Shown here: positions 15,463-22,253 of the stretch, piece after piece
Layout: each line of letters opens with the position of its first letter
How positions within the stretch are numbered: position 1 is the first letter of the stretch
Assembly (NCBI GenBank): GCA_043804515.1
Contig: JAZDIZ010000071.1
Span: forward strand, 1 to 22,253
Direction of reading: 5' to 3'
DNA: 22,253 nucleotides
Source: Pseudomonadota bacterium
Lineage (GTDB): Bacteria > Bdellovibrionota_G > JALEGL01 > DATDPG01
Translations under genes and position numbers: made by a program
The notes under the pieces: generated by a model
The model's input: only the letters and a program-made list of their open reading frames with translations
Told to the model about the DNA's origin: nothing
The model's database searches: none

Positions 15463-15719
15463 GGGAGCTCTCCGTCAAAGCGCCTTTAAGTACTATCGAG
15501 CGTCGCTCCATGAATCGGGCGACGTACGCCTGATCCCGAATTCACCGAAATGCGATCCAGTCGTACGTCCCAGGATTCCCCAGGATTCCATGCAATCCTA
15601 TCAACAGGACCGGCCGTGACACCTGCTGGAATGCGGTTTGGTCCTCCATTGAACCGGAGAGGGATATGTCGAACGAGCATTTCTGGTCCAATGATTCGAA
15701 GTGATCCAAGATAGCTCGC

Positions 15720-16712
15720 ATGGATACAGGTCCCCCACCGAGACTCCCCAAAAGTCCCAACTGGTCCAAGTATTCAGCCCTGTTTATTATCGGTCTCGTC
15801 CTCTTGGGTATAAGTCGCCCCCTGCGTCAATCAGGGACGAACAATCTTTGGATGTTTTGTGCCATGGCCGGAGGAACGCTGGTTGTTGCAACCGTTTTGT
15901 TCTTCCTTGTTTACCAGGCCCTGAGTTCGAAGCCGAAAAAGTATGCGGAGTCGCAGAAGACGTCCGCTTATCCCTGGTGGCTTAAGGGTGCGGCAACCCT
16001 GTTGGTAGGAGTTGCACTGATGGCTCTGGCACCCGCTCTACGGGCGTCGATCGGCCAGGATTTCGCTGTGGTGCTAGTTGCCATTGGAGGCGTGCTTATT
16101 CTCGGGGCGTTTCTGTTCTTATATTATTACCGATGGTGGAGAGCTGTGAGACACCCGATGACGTGTTTGAAGTGCGGAATGCGGATCCCCGTCAACGAAT
16201 CGCTCAAACCGACTATTGACCACTGCCCTCAATGCGGTTGTGCGACCTCTCCCGGTGCCGGCGAGCCCGGGAACGGGAAATCCAAGCGATTCAATCGAAA
16301 CGCGGTTTGGATCGTCCTGGCAGTTGTCACGTATGCGGTATTGGAGCTTCAACCTTGGACCTTCTATCGCAATCAAAAGCCCGAGGGCGTTCGAAACCCC
16401 GACGATCCCGGAAAGAACAGTCAAAACGTAGCACAGTCTATTCCTTATGACACAGCCTACCCTCTGAGCGGTTTCTGGAAATTGGATTGTGGAAGGAATT
16501 TTGGAATCGCCATACAAAGAGCCGGGAATAATCAATACTCGGTCTCGTTCTGCGGGCCGGGTGGCTGCTTCAAACCCGGCACCTGGATGCCCAACACCAC
16601 AATAGTGAACGACCCCGAGTTTCAGGTAATTAACAACGACACCCTGAAGCTCAAGGGGAGTAAGGGGTTTGATGAATGGCACCGGTGCGAGAGCCCGCCG
16701 AATCCAAAGTAG
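15720..16712 (+). CDS. Hypothetical membrane protein with a zinc-ribbon (CxxC...CxxC) and a Cys-containing C-terminal domain
   Basis: Four N-terminal hydrophobic helices are followed by CLKCG...HCPQCG, a further TM helix and the domain YPLSGFWKLDC...YSVSFCGPGGCFKPGTW...WHRC. It is visibly more AT-rich than its neighbours. Confidence 0.8.
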   Translation: MDTGPPPRLPKSPNWSKYSALFIIGLVLLGISRPLRQSGTNNLWMFCAMAGGTLVVATVLFFLVYQALSSKPKKYAESQKTSAYPWWLKGAATLLVGVALMALAPALRASIGQDFAVVLVAIGGVLILGAFLFLYYYRWWRAVRHPMTCLKCGMRIPVNESLKPTIDHCPQCGCATSPGAGEPGNGKSKRFNRNAVWIVLAVVTYAVLELQPWTFYRNQKPEGVRNPDDPGKNSQNVAQSIPYDTAYPLSGFWKLDCGRNFGIAIQRAGNNQYSVSFCGPGGCFKPGTWMPNTTIVNDPEFQVINNDTLKLKGSKGFDEWHRCESPPNPK

Positions 16713-16835
16713 TGATACCGCTCCATTAGTCTCGTTCTATTGTAATCGGGGGACACCTTACCAATTAGCGGAGTGGCTTCTGTGGCTTGCGTCCGATGGG
16801 TCGTGCGAGGAAATCGGGAGACGCGCACCTGGATC

Positions 16836-16855
16836 AAAATTCCGGGCACGGAATT
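16836..16855 (-). terminator. Possible terminator hairpin after the transglutaminase gene
   Basis: The inverted repeat AATTCCG-GGCA-CGGAATT (16838-16855) abuts the stop codon, with a short T run on the minus strand. Confidence 0.35.
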
Positions 16856-19059
16856 CAGTGAACGGATTTACTGATTCCTGATTCCGGGGACCGGGACCGA
16901 CTGCCCGACTGCCGGCTGCCGGGTTTCTTCTGATGGCGGAGCTGAACGGAAAGGCCGCGCAGGGTTTCTTCCCACGTCTCCATTTTCACAGTGCGGCCGC
17001 CGAACCGTTCCTCATAACAGAGCCGAACGGCGTTTTTGAGACGAGGCATTTCCCCGCGGGCGTGTGCGACACGTTCGGAAAGCTCCAGAAGCGTCTCACC
17101 CCCGGCCTTTTGAAAGCCGGACCGCCTGAGGACTTTAAGAAGACTTGCGGCCTTGCCGCGTCCGAGGTTTGTCCGTCTCCGACGCGAAATCATCCTCCAT
17201 AAGCCTCCCAGAAGCGCGAGGCCGAACACAAACCACAGCGGGTTGATGCCCCTCAAGCGGTCAAAGACGGGAAATCCGGTCTTTGAGGAAGGCTCCCTGT
17301 CCCGGGAAGAGTGCTGAGCGACGAGATAAAGGCGCCGGCCGATGTTCTGGAAGAGCTGCACCTGCGAACGAAGGTCGTATTCGATGATGTATTTGTTCCA
17401 ACGGAGGCGCAGATAATCCACGAACTGAGCCAGCGCCTTGAAACGCGAGTTTCGGGAAACGATGGTGGAGTCGAGAGGTGTCGGATCGAACCGGACCCAA
17501 TCCAAGCCCGGGAAATAAGCTTCCACCCAGGAATGGGCGTCGCTCTCCCGGACCGCGATGTAACCGCCGTACGGATTGAAATCCCCGCCCCGGAATCCGA
17601 CCACCTGCCGGGCCGGGATCCCGTTCACGCGCAGGCCGATGGCTAGGGCCGTGGAAAAATACTCGCAGTGCCCGCGCTTCCGGTCCAGGAGGAAGAAACG
17701 AAGAGGGTCCTCCACGCCGAAGTCCTGGACGTTCAGAGTGTATCGGTAGTTCTTCTGAAGGTACTCGGTCAGAGATTGGGCGATGTCGTACGGATTCTTC
17801 CGATTGCCCGGAATCCTCTTCAAAAGCGAGAGAACGTCCGGATCCAGGGGCGGCAGTTGAAGGTCCGAAGAGCGAATGGACGCGGGGATGCGCCCCGTGG
17901 CCCGCTTCAAGTCCTCCCCGCCGGGCTCTTTAAGATACGACGCGCCGGTATATGTGAGGTCGCCCGCGAAAATCCGGCCGCCGGCCAGATACCGGCCCCC
18001 GTATGCGTCTTGAGCGAGTGCGATGGAGCCGCGGAAGATCCTCTCCACCAGCGGCTTGTCCCAGACGATCCGAACCAGGTGATCCAGACCGAAGAGAATC
18101 GGCGGATTCAAAGCTTCCAGGAACACGCGATACGTGACGGGACGGGCCCCGACCGGAAATTCCCCGCCCACGGAGAGAATGCCGGGGTCCGTATCCACGC
18201 GCATTGGAAGATAACCCTCCATGGATTTCTTCCAACGCCGCCCGTCGAAAACGTCGGAGGCTGTCCCTCTCCAGTAGAGGTGCTCCAAGTCGAGTTTGCT
18301 CCGATCCTCAGGCGCGAACTCGACCCTCAGGCTTACGGTCGAGCTGGTCTTGATGTTTCCGATCGCCCCCAGTTCCACGTTTTCGGAAAAGCCGGAGATC
18401 CTCTGGCGGCTTTGGACCCGTTTGAGGTAGTTCCCGAATGAAACGCGCGGAAACGAAAAGAAAACGAAAAGCGTGAACCCGATGACGCTGATCGACAGCA
18501 TGGATGTGAACGCCAGAAATCCGGGCGTGATCGTGTCACGCGAACGGGAGAGGCCGGCGAGAGCGGTTGCGAGCCGCTTCTTCTCCGTGGCCCGCCCTAG
18601 CTCCGCCCTCAGATTGAACATCACCAACGTCCAGGTCGCGAGGACGACGTAGATCACGAAGGGGACCGCAAAGCCGAGATCATTTGAGATCACGGTCGCG
18701 GCCAGGATGTGCATGAAGCTCAGAAGGTAGATTTGGAGCCAGTCCCGGTCCGTTTTGGGGGAAAGGAGCTTGACGGCCTGAAGATAGACTACGAACTTGA
18801 TCCCGTTTCCGACGAGATCCTGCTCCCCGTAAAACGTGTCGTAGAGCAGGAATGCGAGATAGCCTAAGGCGACAACGTTCCAAACCAATTTCGGGACCCT
18901 GAGAATTCGGGGGAGGCGGTCTCCGAGAAAGCCGTGGACGACCGCGACGGCCATGCCGATCAAGACGGGGAGGGTGTAGCTCGCCGTGATCAGGATCGAA
19001 TAGAAACCCGTCAGGATCAGAAGCGTCGAGCACAGGCGTAGATAACGCTCGAACCTCAT
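16855..19059 (-). CDS. TgpA-like transglutaminase-family membrane protein (DUF3488 + transglutaminase-like + DUF4129-like)
   Basis: It has an N-terminal multi-TM region, SGFSENVELG, LYWRG...FDGRRW and the catalytic triad motifs GHCEYFSTA, DAHSWVEAYFPG and WVRFDPTP. Its ATG overlaps the DUF58 stop (ATGA). Confidence 0.93.
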   Translation of the reverse strand: MRFERYLRLCSTLLILTGFYSILITASYTLPVLIGMAVAVVHGFLGDRLPRILRVPKLVWNVVALGYLAFLLYDTFYGEQDLVGNGIKFVVYLQAVKLLSPKTDRDWLQIYLLSFMHILAATVISNDLGFAVPFVIYVVLATWTLVMFNLRAELGRATEKKRLATALAGLSRSRDTITPGFLAFTSMLSISVIGFTLFVFFSFPRVSFGNYLKRVQSRQRISGFSENVELGAIGNIKTSSTVSLRVEFAPEDRSKLDLEHLYWRGTASDVFDGRRWKKSMEGYLPMRVDTDPGILSVGGEFPVGARPVTYRVFLEALNPPILFGLDHLVRIVWDKPLVERIFRGSIALAQDAYGGRYLAGGRIFAGDLTYTGASYLKEPGGEDLKRATGRIPASIRSSDLQLPPLDPDVLSLLKRIPGNRKNPYDIAQSLTEYLQKNYRYTLNVQDFGVEDPLRFFLLDRKRGHCEYFSTALAIGLRVNGIPARQVVGFRGGDFNPYGGYIAVRESDAHSWVEAYFPGLDWVRFDPTPLDSTIVSRNSRFKALAQFVDYLRLRWNKYIIEYDLRSQVQLFQNIGRRLYLVAQHSSRDREPSSKTGFPVFDRLRGINPLWFVFGLALLGGLWRMISRRRRTNLGRGKAASLLKVLRRSGFQKAGGETLLELSERVAHARGEMPRLKNAVRLCYEERFGGRTVKMETWEETLRGLSVQLRHQKKPGSRQSGSRSRSPESGISKSVH
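16871..16920. repeat. Degenerate tandem hepta-nucleotide repeat tract
   Basis: The + strand reads CTGATTC CTGATTC CGGGGAC CGGGAC CGACTGC CCGACTGC CGGCTGC. Confidence 0.55.
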
Positions 19060-20099
19060 AGCGACCGGATCTCCTTCGGCCCGTAAACCAGGAGCGGCGT
19101 CCTCGGGAGGCGTTGGCGGTCCCCGTCCGTGATGAGGACCACTCCTTCCTGGGCTTTCACGCGGAGCGCGGGGAGGGGATGAGACGGAGCTTGAGCAAGG
19201 GCCAGCGCCGTGAGGTATGCATCCAGGAACCCGCGCCCCTTCGGTTCGACCGGTTCGCCGTTCACGTCAAGGGACACCTCGAAACCTTGGGACGTGAAGA
19301 ACAGGAGGAGGGAGGCCGCCAGAGAAACCGCTTTCTCGCGGAGACCGGGATCCGATTCGCGCGCCGGGGCCAGGCGTACGGCCAGCGTGATCCGGAGTTT
19401 CTTCTCCCGTTCAAACTCCTTGACCTTCAATTTGCCGGCGCGGGCGGAGGTCTTCCAGTGAATCAGGCGGGCGGGGTCTCCGTACGTGAGATCGCGCAGG
19501 CCGTATGGATTCGAAGCGCCTCCGCGCTGGCCCGACAGAAACTCACCGAGCGCGCGCATGTCGGTCAAAAGCCGGGGTTGGATGGGCAGGAGCTCCGGGT
19601 AAACGATCGTTTCCCCCTCTCCGGGGACGGAAGTGTACTTGCGGATCAAGCCGAAGGGATACGAAGTTTCCACGACGTAGGCGGGAAGAGGCGTTTTTCC
19701 GCGCTTGCGGAAGCGGATGAGATCCACGGCGCTGGCGGATCGGCCCGCCGGGACCTTCATGACATAAGCGGCGCCCGGCTTGTCGCCGCGCCTCCCTTCG
19801 GGGAAAAGAAGAAGCGAGAAGGACGGAAGCCATCTCTTCCGGTTTTCCAACGTGAGGTTCACGGGCACCTCCCGGTTGGCGAAGATCCTCTTGGGGAACA
19901 CAGGAAGGATGAAGAGCTTGGTGAGCGTGTTGTTGGAGAGAAGCCCCGACAGAATGATGAAGCTCAGCATCATGGAAAAGAGCAGGTACAGGAGATTGTT
20001 GCCCGTGTTCAGGCCCGCGATGCCGACGCCGAGGCAAAGCGCGATAAAGAGATAGCCTGTGCGCGTGATGCGGATTCGGAAGTAACGGTACCGCTTCAC
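19056..20099 (-). CDS. DUF58 domain protein (MoxR-associated)
   Basis: It contains ITRTG..F......GIAGLNTGNNLLYLL, YPFGL, IVYP and GLRDLTYGDPARLIHWKTSARAGKLKVKEFE. GTG 20099 overlaps the moxR stop (GTGA). Confidence 0.93.
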   Translation of the reverse strand: MKRYRYFRIRITRTGYLFIALCLGVGIAGLNTGNNLLYLLFSMMLSFIILSGLLSNNTLTKLFILPVFPKRIFANREVPVNLTLENRKRWLPSFSLLLFPEGRRGDKPGAAYVMKVPAGRSASAVDLIRFRKRGKTPLPAYVVETSYPFGLIRKYTSVPGEGETIVYPELLPIQPRLLTDMRALGEFLSGQRGGASNPYGLRDLTYGDPARLIHWKTSARAGKLKVKEFEREKKLRITLAVRLAPARESDPGLREKAVSLAASLLLFFTSQGFEVSLDVNGEPVEPKGRGFLDAYLTALALAQAPSHPLPALRVKAQEGVVLITDGDRQRLPRTPLLVYGPKEIRSL

Positions 20100-21049
20100 A
20101 CGGGAACTTCGACCGTGGAGGCGATCTCGGCCAGGACGGTCTGCGCCATGGAGTCGCCGTCTCTCACCCCCAGGGCCGCGCTTCTCCGGCCGCTCAGAAT
20201 GAGGCGATGCGCCAGGGTGGGAACGATCAACTGTTTGATGTCGTCCGGCGTGGCGTAATCGCGCCCCTGGATGAACGCCCGCGCCTGTGAAGCCTTGAAA
20301 AGTGAGATGGCGCCCCTGGGGCTTACGCCCAACTCCAGGTCGCTCGCTTTCCTCGTCCGGTTCACGAGCTCCAGCATGTATTTCGAGAGGGACGGGTCCA
20401 CCCGAACCTCGGTCACGGCGTGCTGCATTTCGGCGATCCTCTGTCCTGAACACACGGGCGTGATCTCATGGGCGGTCTCGCGGCGCCCCTTCGTTTCCAG
20501 GATTCTTTGCTCCGCCTCCGGGCTCGGGTATCCCATCGGAATCCTCATCAGAAAGCGGTCCAGCTGGGATTCGGGGAGGGGATACGTGCCGTGGAACTCG
20601 ATCGGGTTCTGCGTGGCTACGACCATGAACGGCTGCGGAAGTGGGTGAGTGATCCGCTCCACGGTCACGGCTCCGTCCTGCATCGCCTCCAGGAGTGCGC
20701 TTTGCGTCTTCGGGGTCGTGCGGTTGATCTCGTCAGCCAGGAGGATGTTGGTGAAGATGGGGCCCGGTTTGAACTCGAACTCGCGGGAGTCGCTGTTGAA
20801 GATCGTGACCCCCAGGACGTCGGATGGGAGAAGGTCACTCGTGAACTGGACCCGCTGGAATTTCCCGTCGATCGAGCGCGCCAGAGCCAAAGCCAGCGTG
20901 GTCTTTCCGACCCCCGGCACGTCCTCGATCAAAAGATGCCCCCGGGCCAGAAGGCAGATCAGGATCTCTTCGATGACGTTTTCTTTTCCCAGAATGGCCC
21001 GGCCGATGGAGGCGCGAAGCGCCGAGATGTCTTTTTCGAACGAAGTCAC
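20096..21049 (-). CDS. moxR: MoxR-family AAA+ ATPase
   Basis: Motifs are GHLLIEDVPGVGKT, RVQFTSDLLPSD, GPIFTNILLADEINRTTPKTQSALLEAM, ATQNPIE..GTYPLPESQLDRF and GVSPRG. Confidence 0.97.
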   Translation of the reverse strand: MTSFEKDISALRASIGRAILGKENVIEEILICLLARGHLLIEDVPGVGKTTLALALARSIDGKFQRVQFTSDLLPSDVLGVTIFNSDSREFEFKPGPIFTNILLADEINRTTPKTQSALLEAMQDGAVTVERITHPLPQPFMVVATQNPIEFHGTYPLPESQLDRFLMRIPMGYPSPEAEQRILETKGRRETAHEITPVCSGQRIAEMQHAVTEVRVDPSLSKYMLELVNRTRKASDLELGVSPRGAISLFKASQARAFIQGRDYATPDDIKQLIVPTLAHRLILSGRRSAALGVRDGDSMAQTVLAEIASTVEVPV

Positions 21050-21057
21050 AAAACGGC

Positions 21058-21063
21058 ACTATA
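21058..21063 (-). promoter_or_regulatory. -10 element (TATAGT) of the moxR operon, leaderless geometry
   Basis: The minus-strand TATAGT ends 8 nt before GTG 21049, with no Shine-Dalgarno. Confidence 0.45.
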
Positions 21064-21080
21064 TCGGTCCTTGAAATGTC

Positions 21081-21110
21081 TTGAAAGGGAGCCCTTCGGA
21101 TGTCTAAAGT
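21081..21110 (+). promoter_or_regulatory. Putative sigma70 promoter for the lipoprotein/beta-barrel operon
   Basis: TTGAAA (21081-21086) is followed after 18 nt by TAAAGT (21105-21110). A GAGGAG RBS lies at 21128-21133. Confidence 0.4.
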
Positions 21111-21139
21111 GGCGCGACCCCTAAAGTGAGGAGATGGAT

Positions 21140-21856
21140 ATGAGGAAAAAACCGGTTCGAACACTAGCGTCGATACTGGCGTTTCTTTTTTTGGCGGCCG
21201 GCTGTGTCGGAAGCCGGGACAGCGCCGTTGAACAGGCCCAATTCCTACTGGACCATGGGAACTACACGGAAGCGGCGGCCCTGCTGCAACCCGTCGTGGC
21301 GGCGAATCCCCAAGATGACCAAGCCACGTTCCTCCTGGCGTCGGCCCTGATCGGGAAATCCGTTTTGGGGACCAGCCGGTCCTACTTGGGCCTCTTTGCG
21401 GATCTCTTGAACGACCCGAGTACGGGGGAGACCGGCTTCCAAACCTTCGCCCGGATCGCTCCCGCCTCATCGAGCAGCATCTCCGATCTCGAAGCGGCCA
21501 CTGACCTTCTTGAAAATCTCACGACCTTCGCCAGCTCGGTTCAGCTCGGGGATGTTTACTTGCAACTCTATATCTCGCGCCTCTTTGAAATCTCCGGCGT
21601 CATCACGCAGGTCGGTGTCTGCGGCGCCGGATATGACCCGACGGCGTTCGTGGCCGATACCGCCGCGAATGACCGCTTTCAGCAGAACTTGGATCAGGTG
21701 AACGGCGACGGAGTCAACGCGGGGATTCCGAGCGACTTCCCCCTCACATCCCGCATCACGTCCATCGTCGAAGACTTGAACACCCCGGGGGGAACGCTCG
21801 GCTTTCTTGACAACCAGTTTGCTGCGGCCGGCATAGCGGCTCAAATCTGCCCGTAA
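21140..21856 (+). CDS. Putative lipoprotein with an N-terminal TPR-like helical hairpin
   Basis: GAGGAG lies 6 nt before ATG 21140, a better spacing than for ATG 21134. MRKKPVRTLASILAFLFLAAG-C carries a lipobox, and AQFLLDHGNYTEAAALL...NPQDDQATFLLASALIG is TPR-like. Confidence 0.85.
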   Translation: MRKKPVRTLASILAFLFLAAGCVGSRDSAVEQAQFLLDHGNYTEAAALLQPVVAANPQDDQATFLLASALIGKSVLGTSRSYLGLFADLLNDPSTGETGFQTFARIAPASSSSISDLEAATDLLENLTTFASSVQLGDVYLQLYISRLFEISGVITQVGVCGAGYDPTAFVADTAANDRFQQNLDQVNGDGVNAGIPSDFPLTSRITSIVEDLNTPGGTLGFLDNQFAAAGIAAQICP

Positions 21857-21873
21857 TCATAAGGGGGACTCCA

Positions 21874-22253
21874 ATGAACAGAAAAACAGGATGGTTCGCT
21901 GTTACCGCGGGAAGCTTGCTTTTTTCCACGTCCGTTTGGGCCCAAGCGGCGATCCCGACGGAAGAGCCGACGCTGAACCGGAAAGTCCGGAACCTGGGAA
22001 TGGGAAATGTGGGGATCGCGATCCACGGCACGGGAGACTCGTCCCCGTTCTACAATCCGGCGGGGCTGAACGATCTCACCGAGGGGAGATTCCAGTTCCT
22101 GGCCATGACGTTCGACGTGGCGGCGAATTCCGTCCGGGCCGTCAACGGGATTCTGGACCTCAAGGATGACGTGAACCGGGCACCGGACGACGCGGGAAAA
22201 GTCGATGCCCTCAACAATTATATCAATAAGCACTCGGGGGAGTTCGATCATCT
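21874..22253 (+). CDS. Outer-membrane beta-barrel protein of the FadL/TraF_2/PorV-like superfamily (3' truncated)
   Basis: This gene is absent from the ORF track because there is no stop in the window. An AAGGGGG RBS precedes it. The translation is MNRKTGWFAVTAGSLLFSTSVWAQ (signal peptide)...RKVRNLGMGNVGIAIHGTGDSSPFYNPAGL, matching the R.lGMG...A......fyNPAgL plug motif of this superfamily. Confidence 0.8.
   Translation, partial: MNRKTGWFAVTAGSLLFSTSVWAQAAIPTEEPTLNRKVRNLGMGNVGIAIHGTGDSSPFYNPAGLNDLTEGRFQFLAMTFDVAANSVRAVNGILDLKDDVNRAPDDAGKVDALNNYINKHSGEFDH

Noticed and set aside
15354..16854. Possible integron cassette or tRNA-targeted island around the orphan gene
   Set aside because: I found no attC-type RYYYAAC...GTTRRRY structure, tRNA, integrase or flanking direct repeats.
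20100..20453. ORF-track N-terminal extension of DUF58
   Set aside because: It lies within moxR in another frame. The GTGA overlap at 20096-20099 gives the natural start.
16855..21049. moxR-DUF58-transglutaminase operon as a novel system
   Set aside because: This is a well-known, widespread gene triad, so it is listed as features only.

Overview
This is a GC-rich bacterial chromosomal window. Its gene content and order (mutS next to a TPR/AMIN amidase, a TPR-DUF4388-phoH-ybeY-lnt operon, proS, and moxR-DUF58-transglutaminase) suggest a deltaproteobacterial, Myxococcota or Bdellovibrionota-like organism; this is inference only. The window holds about 18 CDSs, mostly housekeeping and cell-envelope genes, with partial genes at both ends (mutS at the left, and at the right a FadL/TraF-like beta-barrel missing from the ORF track). 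I saw no rRNA, tRNA, CRISPR array, transposase, integrase or recognisable defence system. The unexplained signal lies mainly in three intergenic regions (4497-5089, 15354-15719, 16713-16855). These share a GGGGAC(A)CC core, two of them inside long nested hairpins, and two of them flank an AT-richer orphan gene, which may indicate an undescribed REP/MITE-like or structured-RNA element family. Other points of interest are a probable frameshift splitting one lipoprotein gene (3211-4496), an orphan Wzz/Wzc-like protein at the end of the lnt operon, heptamer repeats inside the transglutaminase C-terminus, likely leaderless promoters, and two lipoprotein-plus-partner gene pairs. All family calls come from motif recognition by eye; no database search was run.
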